57,744 nucleotides of DNA from a virus (IMGVR_UViG_3300025525_000003:1-57744), one strand, 5' to 3'. Counted from the stretch's first letter, positions 12,201 to 19,549 are shown. Numbers and translations are program-made. The notes: generated by a model not told the origin, from the letters alone.

Positions 12201-12806
12201 GATCAGCGCATCCTTGATTTCCTGATTCTCGCCGACACGCTGGATAGCGGTTTCACGCAGTTTGGCGCGCATCTCCGGCGGAGAATTCTGGTACATCCGT
12301 GCCCGTTGCGCCACGAAGTCGCCGCCCAGCGTGCGCACGGCTTCACCCTTGTCGATGCGATCATAGGCGCCCAGTTCGCTGTTCAGCGTCTTCATGGCAC
12401 CAATGGTCGGAATGGTGCCGATGGCCGGCAGCATCTGCTTGGCGCCGGTCCAGCCTGTTTTCAAGCCTTTTGTGAATTGGCTGTCTGGTGACGGCACGGC
12501 ATCATCAATGGCAGGCTCGATGTCCGACACATTCAGCGGATCTGTTTGCGCTGCCGGAACGGAGACTGGCTTGGTGATGGAAGTCGTGATGGCATCGCGG
12601 GCGCGCTTCAGCAGGGAAGGCTGCTCCGCCGTCTTGGTGGCCTTCGGCGTGCGGGTTTTCAGGTGATCGACGATCTCGGCATCCGAATACCCGGATGTGC
12701 GTGCCGAGTCGATGTCGAAGCCGAGATCCGGCTTCGCCTTCACATGGTCGATGATTTCTGAGTCTGAGTATCCGGAAGCGCGGGCGCCGTCGAAGTCAAA
12801 GGTCAT
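201..12806 (-). CDS. Giant polyvalent internal virion/ejection protein, 4201 aa (inorganic pyrophosphatase-like, LPD5/LPD1-like, zincin HExxH-type, ADP-ribosyltransferase-like, PLxRFG-type C-terminus)
   Basis: Uninterrupted ORF, last in the virion operon. Motifs: GNYSKAH..IENPKGSERSG..YGYVKRTEGADGDQVDVY; KIEDFGEKITGARKD; FGFRGVQFGN..SLAHEWFHAVD..EMAARAFE; FHEGLGHYGLR; FHGGPHDFEEF..GEGAQAYGWGLYF..GIRYLD..NFVIFD; YVPFTRWG. Confidence 0.85.
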   Translation of the reverse strand: MTFDFDGARASGYSDSEIIDHVKAKPDLGFDIDSARTSGYSDAEIVDHLKTRTPKATKTAEQPSLLKRARDAITTSITKPVSVPAAQTDPLNVSDIEPAIDDAVPSPDSQFTKGLKTGWTGAKQMLPAIGTIPTIGAMKTLNSELGAYDRIDKGEAVRTLGGDFVAQRARMYQNSPPEMRAKLRETAIQRVGENQEIKDALIQSWKAYAEELKKHQGRTPNLTDVRDVKGFGDWFAFNFGQGLPYMSASALSTLIGGALGGPGGAAIGLGGSGYAMGLGDIQGELIEKSKEDQAGLAVVGAVPYGALDFLGPAGRTLRNVTGTTLKEVDSNYFRRLGREVPANLVEEFINEAGQEVVKDAAVTTATGEKLVTDESLLRWFNAGAAGSAAAGPFAAVSAVPGPKQAKPQPMPGSRGDLEDVLNDPRPLESIRAEQAAQQQERDAAAMRQAEASRESMAMIADEQAQGAAVRAQERSVRNAQEFGLPAIGSRVAVGDVAGTLAAVHPAENGWDARVVTDDGETYAFLQEDGYQVVPEAFGDGTREAPVQVEHAAHVEQAAQQVETQPTEAQKEAGNYSKAHVKIHGLDISIENPKGSERSGRDAGGNEWRVQMPAAYGYVKRTEGADGDQVDVYIGDNPQSQRVFVVDQIDPATGNFDEHKALIGFDQPSDAVKTYQAGFSDGSGMRRIGAVSEMSTDEFKAWLKTGETTKPVAYQKPETKRESDDVQGNAQVPPAQVAEQGGSAGMDDKGVAAPAQVPAAPLPNTIPADRQPVAEQPLKALEKGQAGRLAAHLTKNGFPSKAIPHPTVSGKYAVVEAGHQEQAPSVEQPAVKPEAAAQPKPAEAKKKGSAYRGEDLLQVIRRRGGINMRYLQDITGESNVAKARVPFGLFKKDGDGLDSLARILAMEDHFPIDPEAADDTDGVAQLTDLLQRALGGEKVWPHDVAERKMAEEQEKEYRRATIARAKELGIRTVARPFEQIEAELDIRTAVAPAGLSDAERAAFDELKTELFATLGEDAAADLLERLAVQYEQASEAEFIAAVTPLFKEAIHEAETREVQVAEAAPAEPRAEQPVDRDAGSPEEAPGGSPAAAQQEVLSAYSAADLAAKQSRAEDETVAAREAADREREAFTLTPQTQEKETGRTQQGGLFTPTGKVSVQANQEQRSTTPVAESPSPGEVGESPRESGDGEVATARDGAAPDATYTQNQEHQYGPGLASQEAMAKARELPRDSIVMEISVRPNGDKWHVAYISNGDGSIESAVIGSQYNFDRTSILAEAEKGRKWKSERKAEAGAARNDAIRGASAIGIKIGTTWAGASVYLGNRKGLTTYDRATIVGFNEETGEITIEGYKRGMRAPERITTTYKSRLLENYPGATATTKSEEISSSLVDEKVSHAGTELEPWQMTKKEVGSSLNAKGWKSARGVMVVAPSPESGLYETTHNSKTDVYLSPDEAEQYMRDYNATAHRRHVEYALAQGKPVPTNVLADYPDLKVSPAETANTAQPENPIQSLLDRYDEGDDALGTVEDLADAAEALAVETDNADLADLVAEYRRNLKEDMEEFGGRGDPDQYEQELIDGMAALAKAEKISPASTAAGHKAGDQVKLTKPGLNGRVNISGTVTKILPDGRLEVRTQQDGYMTVAESELGHKPTVEGGRKSTDITTLDRLSRKIADGAGGRPVYLRFTKDAEGDARGRRSSTWTTKEREAGLSVVALSNDDGLNVYVSADDALPPSHPVNLGGAVSNYIDYLDFRGATGAYLLTGDIQGVGTDGEPLLKNAQIVGEVAPEVLFEAYQAWADSRKDPALSSSVAQKIGKLRDVIGGRKGGKQEVSTQGKIEDFGEKITGARKDYAAVLREAREVDIAAAPLSKSWPEPDYQKLIDGGADRWAVGFMHAARDEIPTKPQQAWKLRSWVGKVEMLRDTAAKMLSGEIDPARAKELLKDDKWKSLRDVESRIDLYMEVGHEKSLKGIRIAAGDYGVFNGQQYSPPKRIWTVEAKAAKTAMSHWPKTLASGDTREEAIAAFKATWLKAPEDSRADAKIDFGIYSRAGKFFVGKKIGAHVVELKSGFESAREARAWKDANQEELVGLLEKFKEVPSERKAENSPRVGTDHRSGADVTPDRFMESFGFRGVQFGNYVENNRRQADLNETYDALMDLAGVLDIPPKALSLNGELGLAFGARGTGGKNAPLAHYEPGQIVINLTKKRGVGSLAHEWFHAVDNYFSRMGGAKSGYLTETQAAGEGVRPEMVAAFRLAMRAINGTALKARAQILDQTRAKPYWSTGLEMAARAFESYVVAKLQDQGASNDYLANIVSEDYWNAAAALGMKKEGSYPYPVAAEVPEIRSAFDNFFKTVETKETDKGVALFSRAAYNESDGFLPETGEQRTTIDAERLADLRRQAAGLEKPEAGVHLRVTETGEAIATGPKGVRVPQSFTGFAEANGLRFMARRRLPSPVVKSPTNISEISQYSHPMPVDYRAAGALYFNEMGEAWLDRTGKARLSRTLTGEDTKVTTLFTLLTDQDGIFKYPKSEAIGMAEIAAEVDPTMYVDDMGTSAYSDRNHYWNVVMENGTVATVTTDEVKKEVWLNAALLEEGRSGGSALYALVGNWAHNNGYVFVADPGGVSNPAIYRRTENMISLALKFGSTDFLAPHEDQLQRVDGKRRGEPFYWPGMQWKTGDTAFNLNQMLEASYNAVKHHLPGIKNIYYDFDSGQFRDASTGREYSGSDFVALSRRAGARAAHAGRTTLERSALAGTVLSGKVDGAEWRALLGKLVEQQGDAAGPTLQGRLYSRGERGALSAGEVEEVVSRLRENWRNAPRISVVESVADLPFPAPADVEGAYWRGQIWLVAGNLNDPQRVQFTVFHEGLGHYGLRGFFGKELEPVLQRLWSANKQVRSRAAKWIRENQDVIKEHKMAAKDAHFLSIEEALADIAGSGEKITGLKKLIAWVQEWLRANGFDQVADWLEAKTDAEVLAVLADARTFVEEGRQFGESGQLAPVYHRAFHGGPHDFEEFSTEHIGSGEGAQAYGWGLYFSGRQEVAKWYKEKLSDRQTEIRTLSISKDGKTLRGEEILAEYYKPGRVVQTMGGSFDKVLSYDAQNGYVTVERYVDKNATKRDPYHRGTTTYSGLHWTPSEVRRVFKPVLEADGWKFGTGRIYEVELAPKEDEYLDWDKRLSEQSEKVKEALQTTPVIEKWASSSWKKNGLDGGPTGSHLYETLTEKVGGKKQASETLRSTGIRGIRYLDGISRSKGEGHHNFVIFDDKDVTITAKFSRAAKESAEEANAALTDDAGIPDSPEVSNLFGADRSLPKDLNLFKRLALHPRMIAAMDKDFTPVFQTASDQFERRDEIAAMIQHEAQPYFDLPRAGKERVSAVLELGRLQGEVFGRGKEPVVAENTGQDARLSKPGDTLELTDAEKSGYWGVRRAMDKALNLFRDQFLREQDLPADVKTAKDILELAQQETDGAEAERLMRIAAVIREIEQARRTGYVPFTRWGKVGIVVEKTVGAEKKTLHFEKVELDSVAGKAERLFSADKRRLGNVREVKERLATLEGKYPGANIRLVNLADPKEAATVDMIALDHLAQLAQINENVWDAVKDQLDKAKKATGFRKHFFGSRNIPGYSADFERAIADYIVGISGYLARREYLPKWEAAIEGISSTKPQLVDYARNYQKYANTPVEELSALRQTVFFYYLSGVPATAMVNATQVPMITAPYLTQFANPAQVTASLTRAYKDALAMLTVRKGLDIFDPAKAPTDMREALQHAWDQGFFVPLQTFEMMGLAQNRSKVMRGLSKKTRTAMEVVSLQFTMAERLNRLVTFIAAYRMAKREGFGDRAKAIMADNALAQSELAEFTPEAFAEWVIDETHYRMGKVNRPAMMRGVGTAILQFKSFTWQTLELYSRLATLHGREGNVALGLMMLALLFVAGLWGLPGAEDLRDLFESLYKKLASQDKDVKTDLRVAVAEMTGSAKIAELISHGAPRAIEGMPEISRRIGMGDLLPAANEDALGVPFDLTYKRLSRAVEYQQRDRTMLAVAELMPNFVKHPMTAWAWSKEGVKSAATGRPVIPPEKLTTEDLALKAVGFTPADVAEYREMENSRRRAERGVDDKRREWYSKVAATRAEIYRAEQKGDSEAAKVAEKRLIGHYEDIQRHNEQAKPEDIIRLDPKTVQKKTAEEILGADIRKKQTRKQARGRAEQIEKAYGF

Positions 12807-13894
12807 CGCTCGAAGCTCGACAAGGGGGGTCGAGCTCCAGTATTGCCGGATTGACTTGGTGTCCCGCTATTCCAGACCTGTCCGGCAAGTCCTTGAGCCT
12901 TGCCAACCGGGTTTTTCTCGAGCGGATCGCCGATCAGTTTGCCGACCAGCGTACCGGCCAGCTTTCTGGCTTCCGGCCCCCTGATGGGACTGCCTTTCTC
13001 GTCCGTGGCCGTCTTGACCGTGCCGTCGCGCATAACCAGTATCAGTTCGCCGCGCTCATTGATCTTGGTCGATTGAACACGATTGCCAGTCGATCCGCCG
13101 CCACCGCCACTTGACCGCACCGGCCGCGCCGGCAGGTTCGGAATCTGCACCGGCTCGCCTTCTTCGGTAATGCCGACGCCGCGCATGGAGTCGTACCAGC
13201 GAATCTGCTTGTTCGGCGTGCCCATGCTCTTGGCAATGTCTTCCGGATTGCCGCCGCCCAGCACGGATTTGAAGGCTGCCTGCGCCTGACTGCCTTTCAG
13301 TCCAAGCTGATGCACGACCTGCGCCGCCCCGATGATCTTGGCCATTTGCCGGCGATTGCTGGCGATCTCCGGCGGCAACTCGATGCCGCGCTGGCGACCC
13401 CAATTCAGCGCCATCTGCACATCCGCCTCTGTCTTGGCGCTCCCCAGCATAGAGACGAACTTGTCGTCCATGGCGTCTGCAGCCTTCCGGTCTTCCTGCG
13501 CCAGACGAAAGGCCTCTGTGCCGGCCCCGCCTTCGACAAGCGTTCTGACTGCGCTGCCATTGCGCATCCGCGGAGAAGCGGGTGCCGCCGGAACCGCAGC
13601 TTGAGGAGGCGACGCAGGAGAAGGCGTCTGCTGCGGACCGGCGACAACCTGTGAGATCGGACTGGCCGGCGGCTGGTCTGCAGGCACCTGAATCTGCCCC
13701 GGTTGCTGCGCCACCACGCCAGAAATAGCGGGCTGGTCGTACATGCCCATGGCGGCCTGCCCGAGCGCCTTGTTCTTGACCTGCTCCTGCCTGCGCTGAT
13801 CACGGCGGTAATCGCGCTCCTCGCGCTGGTAGGCCGCATTCTCCCCGGCCTGCAGGGCGGCAATTGCCGGATTGACGGTGATGTAGTTAGGCAT
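12803..13894 (-). CDS. Putative DNA ejection/internal virion protein
   Basis: 363-aa Q/P/A/G-rich ORF overlapping the start of the giant gene; position matches P22 gp20-like genes. Confidence 0.6.
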   Translation of the reverse strand: MPNYITVNPAIAALQAGENAAYQREERDYRRDQRRQEQVKNKALGQAAMGMYDQPAISGVVAQQPGQIQVPADQPPASPISQVVAGPQQTPSPASPPQAAVPAAPASPRMRNGSAVRTLVEGGAGTEAFRLAQEDRKAADAMDDKFVSMLGSAKTEADVQMALNWGRQRGIELPPEIASNRRQMAKIIGAAQVVHQLGLKGSQAQAAFKSVLGGGNPEDIAKSMGTPNKQIRWYDSMRGVGITEEGEPVQIPNLPARPVRSSGGGGGSTGNRVQSTKINERGELILVMRDGTVKTATDEKGSPIRGPEARKLAGTLVGKLIGDPLEKNPVGKAQGLAGQVWNSGTPSQSGNTGARPPLSSFER

Positions 13895-13896
13895 GA

Positions 13897-14514
13897 TCAG
13901 CTGTCATAACGCGAACCGCGGTCGTCCCTGGCGAAGATGCTGCCGATATTCCCCAAGGTCTGCGCCCAAAGTGAGCCATTTGCGGTAGCCGCATTGGCGG
14001 TCGTGTCGCCCATGCCAGTCAGGGTATTGGCCGTCTGCTGGCCCAATTGGCTGGCCAGATTGGCTTGACCCGTAGCGGCACCCGTCGCCTGCCCGGCAAG
14101 GTTTGTCGCGGCCGTATCGACGCGGCCGCGGTTGCGCTCGACCATTCCGGACTTGGTGCGGTTCATCACGTCGTTGTGGACGCGCGCCACGCTGCGGCCA
14201 GCGCCACGCAGGCCTGACTTTGCCAAGCCAGCGTTCAGATTGCGGCTGGTGTCAGCCAACTGGATTTCCTGGGCAGGAGTAATCCGGTTTGGATCTCCGG
14301 CGACAATTTGCTGAAGGTGGGCTACGCCAGGCGCGGCATTGCGCTCGAGTTTTTTCAGGTGTTCCTGTGCGATCGCGTTGCCCTCGCGATGCGCCTGCAG
14401 TGCATTCCGGCTGGCCTCGATAGACGCATCCGCGGCTTCCTCGTTGGCATCACTGGCAAACATGCCGCCAATGAGCGACGCCCCTGCACCAATAAGATCG
14501 CCAAACCAGCCCAT
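13897..14514 (-). CDS. Putative DNA transfer (pilot/ejection) protein, P22 gp7-like
   Basis: Gly/Ala-rich amphipathic N-terminus (MGWFGDLIGAGASLIGGMF) and A/N/Q/G-rich body typical of podovirus ejection proteins. Confidence 0.65.
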   Translation of the reverse strand: MGWFGDLIGAGASLIGGMFASDANEEAADASIEASRNALQAHREGNAIAQEHLKKLERNAAPGVAHLQQIVAGDPNRITPAQEIQLADTSRNLNAGLAKSGLRGAGRSVARVHNDVMNRTKSGMVERNRGRVDTAATNLAGQATGAATGQANLASQLGQQTANTLTGMGDTTANAATANGSLWAQTLGNIGSIFARDDRGSRYDS

Positions 14515-14516
14515 GA

Positions 14517-15785
14517 TTACCTCGCCACGATCCGGCCGATGACAGGACTGCCGGCCATCGATTGAGCGATATCCGGATCGCCCATACCTTGTGACATCCC
14601 GGACTGCATGGGTTGCATGCCTCCTGGTTGCTGACCGACGGCAGCCTGCGCCATCTGCGGGTCATTCGCCACTTGGGCACCGGCGCTACCGAATTCGTCC
14701 ATGAATTCACCGTTGGCCATCGCCGCCTCGGCACCAAGTTCCGCCGAGTAGTTGATGCCCTCAGAGTAGATGCGCAGCGCCTCCTCGATATTTCCTGACT
14801 TGACGGCCTCTACGGCCGGCGCAATGAATTGGCCGAAGATATGCCTGTAGACTTCCTGTGCGTCTGGACGGCTATCGACGGCCTCGACGACATCGGGCGC
14901 CATCATGTAATACTGATTCACCAGCATTTTGCCCTGCGGGGTTGCAGACATCACGTTGTCGCGGAACCAGCGCAGGACGTTCAGCGGCTCGGATTGTTCG
15001 ACGGCCTGGTCATCCATGCCCATTCCGTTCATGGTGGCCTTGGTGATGTGGCAACCGCCAGCACCAGCACCGGCACCGGCACCGCCATCTGCGCTTGTAG
15101 TGCCATCCGCAGAATTCGCCGCACCGGAGTCGACTGCAGTTGAATTGTCCGAGGTTGGGGCTGTAGTGCCATCCGCAGAATTCGCCGCACCGGAGTCGAC
15201 TGCAGTTGAATTGTCCGCAACCGCAACGCTGTTGTTTGCGTTATTGGCGGCATCCACTTCACCGACAACTGAAGGAGGGTCTGGCGGGGCAACGGGTGAT
15301 ACTGTAGCCACGCTATTGGATGGGGCTACCGCACCTGTCGCCGGGCCATTCGTTACCCCTGTGTCGTTATCATTCGCATTGACGGCGGCCATGTGGTTCA
15401 TGACCAAACTAATCACCCCTAATGGCCCAAACGGGACGCTCGTCAATGCTTCAAGGCTGAATGGCGTGTTTGGTCCGTTCACGTTGCCCGGGGTTGAATC
15501 TGCATCACCACCCCATCCATAACTTGCATTGAAAGGGCTTTTGCTTTCACTGCGGCTCGCTTCTACTTGCGGCTGGGCGATCACGTTGGCAATCGGCAGT
15601 TGATAGTTCGGCGCCGCGCCATACAGCGCGGCGTAATTGGCTGGCACCAGATTGCCATAGGCGTCCGTGACCATGCCGCCGAACCCGGCCGCCCTGGTTC
15701 TGCCTGGCGTATAGGGTGAAATGGCCGTCGGTGTGTTTGTCTGCGCTGTTCCCGATCGATACGACGTGTTACGTCTGTCAGCCAT
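14517..15785 (-). CDS. Low-complexity virion-operon protein with a CFI-box-CTERM-like domain
   Basis: Gly linker then GCHITKA...LNVLRWFRDNVM..PQGKMLVNQYYMMAP, resembling the GCFIATA..LR.FRD..G..FV..YY..SP pattern. Confidence 0.6.
   Translation of the reverse strand: MADRRNTSYRSGTAQTNTPTAISPYTPGRTRAAGFGGMVTDAYGNLVPANYAALYGAAPNYQLPIANVIAQPQVEASRSESKSPFNASYGWGGDADSTPGNVNGPNTPFSLEALTSVPFGPLGVISLVMNHMAAVNANDNDTGVTNGPATGAVAPSNSVATVSPVAPPDPPSVVGEVDAANNANNSVAVADNSTAVDSGAANSADGTTAPTSDNSTAVDSGAANSADGTTSADGGAGAGAGAGGCHITKATMNGMGMDDQAVEQSEPLNVLRWFRDNVMSATPQGKMLVNQYYMMAPDVVEAVDSRPDAQEVYRHIFGQFIAPAVEAVKSGNIEEALRIYSEGINYSAELGAEAAMANGEFMDEFGSAGAQVANDPQMAQAAVGQQPGGMQPMQSGMSQGMGDPDIAQSMAGSPVIGRIVAR
15096..15217. 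repeat. Perfect 56-bp in-frame direct repeat, 66-bp period (encodes DNSTAVDSGAANSADGTT twice)
   Basis: 15096-15151 identical to 15162-15217. Confidence 0.9.
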
Positions 15786-15795
15786 TCTCGGCCTC

Positions 15796-16281
15796 CTATC
15801 GTTGAATCTGCCACGCGAACGTCACGCTGTTCGAGGTTCCCGGTGCCGCAGATACCGTGACGGTGAACGTCGTCGTGGTCTTTGCGACGGCTGTCACAGT
15901 GTAGGCTCCCACTGCTGGTGTCCCACTGGCAGACTGCGCGGTCAGCGCGACATGGTAGTTGGTGTTCGTCTGCGCCGCCGGCAGCGTAACCAGGGCGGTC
16001 GAATTGGTGCCGGAAACAGTCACCGTGCCGGATGGCATGGCATCCAGTCGTTCCTTTTGCTGGAGAGATAGCAGGAGGGCGATGTTTGCCGTGTTCTGCG
16101 CCGTCGCCACGGTTCCGCTTGCCGGATCGGTGAGCTCCGCGAATTCCGTAGATTTGGCGTAGGCTCCGCTTAATTCAACTGCCTTATAAAAGCCCCAAGC
16201 CCACTCTATGACGGCAGCCAGATCTGCATTCGGGTTCCCGGTCAGTCTGGGTGGGGTCGGAACTGAACGAACCTCAGCCAT
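15796..16281 (-). CDS. Putative tail needle/tail accessory protein
   Basis: Coupled to the gp10-like gene; helical N-part and Thr/Val-rich beta C-part. Confidence 0.5.
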   Translation of the reverse strand: MAEVRSVPTPPRLTGNPNADLAAVIEWAWGFYKAVELSGAYAKSTEFAELTDPASGTVATAQNTANIALLLSLQQKERLDAMPSGTVTVSGTNSTALVTLPAAQTNTNYHVALTAQSASGTPAVGAYTVTAVAKTTTTFTVTVSAAPGTSNSVTFAWQIQR

Positions 16282-17681
16282 CAGCCAATCGCCTCGACCA
16301 GCGCGTCAATCCGGCGAATCTCAACCTCGCAGGCGGCCGTAATCTCCCACTCGACCTGGAAGGTGTCGGCAATCCCCATGCCGCCGAATTCGATTGCCAT
16401 CTGTTTATGGCCGGCCCGCCCGAGCCCCTTGCGGCGCCAGCGTGTCCAGTCCTTGTTGTCACGACGCACCCGCACGCTGATTGCCGGCTCGTCGGCATCA
16501 GATCCCACAAGGCCGCGCTTGAGCGTGATCCGCATGTTGTCGACCCTGGTCGTAATCCCGAAACGGTAATGTGCGGTACGGCCAAGGACGCGGCGAGTCG
16601 TGCCGGCATTGGTATAGGCGTCGGCACGCATTTCATAGACGCGGCCGGCACCGCCGACAAAATGCCGGTTCCACAGGGAATAGTAGGACCACCCCGGCCA
16701 GCGCTCCGGCAGGCCAAGCCCGTCGTTCCAGCCAAACAGGTTGAACCACTTCTTCTGGCGGTAATCGTAGAGCGCTGTCACCCCCTTGGTTTCGTAGACA
16801 TTCATGGCCTGCGGCATCTGCAGGAGGATGAACTTCTGACCGAGGATATTGATCGGGACCGCCCAGGCATCCGTCCAGTCGTCGATCGCCTCCAGGCTCA
16901 TGCCGATACTGTCGGAGACATCATGCGACAGTTGCCCGGTGATCTTCACGAACTCCTTGAGACGATTGACAGCCCAGACGCCGTTATCCACGGCAACCGC
17001 GGTGTAGGGTGCATAGACGCCCTCACCGACAGACCAGCGCCGGAAGAACGGCGTGTCGCCGGATGGCAGCCGCTCGAACTGCTCTATGGATTCAGGCCCG
17101 GCCATGATGAGCTCGCGGAACGGCGTAACGATGGCGGCATTCAGGTCATCCGGCTTGCCTTCCGCCGAAAAGACATTGATCGGATCCCAAACCCTGTAGC
17201 CGTCAGGTTCTGAGTGGTAGAAGCGTCCGCTGTTCTTCTCGATGGCGACGACGTAGCCGTCGACAAACCTGGCATGCGTTGATTCCGGCGCCTCCCGCGC
17301 CAGCATCTCGGTCTCCATCTTGGCCAGCCGCACGATGGGACCGCCGGCGGCCATCAGGAGCTCGTTTTCTGTCCGGTCAAAGATGACGCGCTTGCCGCCA
17401 GCCACGGAGACAGCCGTCACGTCGCGCTTGTTGGCCAGTCGATCGATCAGCGTGACCCGGCCGTTCGTCACCGCGACCAAATCGCCGCGCCATTCGTCTA
17501 AATAGGTTGGTGCCGACCCACCCAATGTGGCGAAGTCGATAAGCCCAGGGAATGCCGAGACGCCGCCTTCATCCGTGGCAAAGCAGTTTTCCAGCGCGGC
17601 GTTTCCCTTGGTCAGAACGGCTTCCTTGACGTTCTGCATGAGGTTCCCCTTGCCCAGGGGGATTTCCTGCCATTTGGCCAT
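16281..17681 (-). CDS. Packaged DNA stabilization / tail hub protein (P22 gp10-like)
   Basis: Start MAKWQEIP at a TGATG overlap; FVDGY, F.AEG.PD, G..SIE and W..W...LG..G motifs typical of gp10 beta-propellers. Confidence 0.75.
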   Translation of the reverse strand: MAKWQEIPLGKGNLMQNVKEAVLTKGNAALENCFATDEGGVSAFPGLIDFATLGGSAPTYLDEWRGDLVAVTNGRVTLIDRLANKRDVTAVSVAGGKRVIFDRTENELLMAAGGPIVRLAKMETEMLAREAPESTHARFVDGYVVAIEKNSGRFYHSEPDGYRVWDPINVFSAEGKPDDLNAAIVTPFRELIMAGPESIEQFERLPSGDTPFFRRWSVGEGVYAPYTAVAVDNGVWAVNRLKEFVKITGQLSHDVSDSIGMSLEAIDDWTDAWAVPINILGQKFILLQMPQAMNVYETKGVTALYDYRQKKWFNLFGWNDGLGLPERWPGWSYYSLWNRHFVGGAGRVYEMRADAYTNAGTTRRVLGRTAHYRFGITTRVDNMRITLKRGLVGSDADEPAISVRVRRDNKDWTRWRRKGLGRAGHKQMAIEFGGMGIADTFQVEWEITAACEVEIRRIDALVEAIG

Positions 17682-19549
17682 CAGGACGACACGACCTCGA
17701 CGCCAGCCGTCCACTCGATGGTCTTGGCGGCGGCGCCCGTGACAAGAATCTGGATCTCGCCCTGATTGGCAGCGAAGTCGGCATTCCAGGCAGCATCCGT
17801 TTCAACCGCCGTCTCTATGCTGGCGGTAGAGCCGAGCAATGCAGCATTCTGCGGCGTCAGCGTGCCATTGACCGTGGCCGCCCCGCCCAGGGCGCCCGTG
17901 ATGGCCTCGTTGTTCAGGAAGACCCCGACGATATCGATCAGCGTCAGGGTTCCGGTGGCGCCGGAATCTGAATCCGCCACGATACGCGCCGTGGCTCCGG
18001 ACGTGCCGCCGGTAACGATCTCGCCCAAGGTGAAATTCGCAGTTTGCGCCTGATAGGCCAGCGTCGAACCCGGCCGGCGCGCCGAGCGCGCAATGTGGTA
18101 TCTGGCGTAGTCCTGCCCATTTCGCTGCCTGCCGATCACCACGGCACGGATGTTCACCACCTGTCCGGGTTCGAGGTTGATCGACCACGCCTCTGTTGCC
18201 GTAGCGTCTGCCGTCAGCCCGGCCGAAGCCGGCAGGGATTCCCATATCGACTGCCGGCGTATCCACTTGGCGCCATCGACGCCATTCACCGTCAGCGTGG
18301 CGTCCTCGACGCAATCCAGCACCAGAATAGGATTGGTGACGAGCGCCAGGGTGTAAGTACCGCCGGTCAGTTCCATGCCGGAGAACACGACATCCTGGCA
18401 CGTCCCGGCAAAGGTGCTGATTCCAGAATCGATGGCGCCATCCCGCAGGCGCAGGCCGATTACCTTGTTGTCGGTCTTCGTGGTGTCGTCATCGTCGAGA
18501 ACCTCCAGATTGTTGGTGTTGGCGTACCACCAGCAGCCGCCGAGCGTCGTCCAGCGCGCCCCCTTGATCTTGACTGCGGTTCCGGTGTTGCTCTCGAAAC
18601 CGACATCCGACAACGTATTGTGATAGACGCGCTTGTCCTCATAGGAGAGTTCGACGCCAATGCCGGTACAGGTTGTCACCAGACCGCCGTTCCAGCGGTT
18701 GTTGCTGAATTCCTCGCCATCCGACCCGCCGCCGGCATCGAGGTCGCCATGCAGTTTGGCCCCGGTAACGCAGTTGTCAATATAGAGATTCGTCCAATCG
18801 GCCGCGTAGCCACCCTTGTAGTAAAGACCTGTCTCGAAGCGCTTGACCAACACGTTGTCGAATACCGTTTCGTCGTTGGCTTTTGAGAATACGCCGACTG
18901 ACCCGGCCTGGAGGCTGACGCCATCCAGCGTCAGCGAGCGAAAGCCGGCGCCGTCTCCGGTGAGCGTGACGGCGCGATCCGCAACCTGCGACTGCAGAAT
19001 GGTGACGCCGCGCCCGCGGCCGCGCAGGACGACATTCTGCGGAATGGTGATCTGGTTGAACGGCCATGTTCCTTCCGGCACCAGCACTTCACCGCCGCTG
19101 ATGGCCGCTGCCGCGGCAATGGCGGCATTCAGTATGGCCGTGTTGCCGCTGGCCGACGATGCACTCAGCGTTCCGTAGGACTCGGCATTGATCTCGTCGG
19201 CCAGCACGTCTTCCAGGGCGCGCGCCTGCGGACCGTTGGCTGGCGTGACAAGCGCCTCGCTGGCATTCTCTCCGGACAGCGTGACAATCGGCGGGCGCTG
19301 CACGCCGGTTTGATCGGTCGAGTTGATTTCGAGTTCATAGGCCGCGCCGACATAGATCGGCAAGGTGAATTTGCCGTAGTCAGTGCCGTCAATGATCTTC
19401 GACGACAATACCTGCGGATTGCCGGCGGATATCGTCAGCGCCTCATCGAGGAAGCAGTTGAGCAGCGTGGTTGTCCCGGCCTGATATATCTTGACCGTTG
19501 CCCCGCCGTAGCCAGGCTGCCAGAGATCGAATTCCTGAACCCTCATCAT
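17681..19549 (-). CDS. Tailspike-like protein with pectin-lyase-type beta-helix
   Basis: NAESYG..NTAILNAAIAAA..GGEVLVPEGTW..LRGRGRGVTIL beta-helix entry motif; head-binding-like N-terminus. Confidence 0.7.
   Translation of the reverse strand: MMRVQEFDLWQPGYGGATVKIYQAGTTTLLNCFLDEALTISAGNPQVLSSKIIDGTDYGKFTLPIYVGAAYELEINSTDQTGVQRPPIVTLSGENASEALVTPANGPQARALEDVLADEINAESYGTLSASSASGNTAILNAAIAAAAAISGGEVLVPEGTWPFNQITIPQNVVLRGRGRGVTILQSQVADRAVTLTGDGAGFRSLTLDGVSLQAGSVGVFSKANDETVFDNVLVKRFETGLYYKGGYAADWTNLYIDNCVTGAKLHGDLDAGGGSDGEEFSNNRWNGGLVTTCTGIGVELSYEDKRVYHNTLSDVGFESNTGTAVKIKGARWTTLGGCWWYANTNNLEVLDDDDTTKTDNKVIGLRLRDGAIDSGISTFAGTCQDVVFSGMELTGGTYTLALVTNPILVLDCVEDATLTVNGVDGAKWIRRQSIWESLPASAGLTADATATEAWSINLEPGQVVNIRAVVIGRQRNGQDYARYHIARSARRPGSTLAYQAQTANFTLGEIVTGGTSGATARIVADSDSGATGTLTLIDIVGVFLNNEAITGALGGAATVNGTLTPQNAALLGSTASIETAVETDAAWNADFAANQGEIQILVTGAAAKTIEWTAGVEVVSS

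Noticed and set aside
460-12761. Many long plus-strand ORFs opposite the giant gene (e.g. 1098-2225, 9984-11570)
   Set aside because: Antisense shadows expected from high-GC codon bias; no recognisable motifs or SDs
15096-15217. Direct repeat as a CRISPR array or DGR template/variable repeat
   Set aside because: Only two identical in-frame copies inside a CDS; no adenine-specific mismatches, no cas genes and no reverse transcriptase in the window
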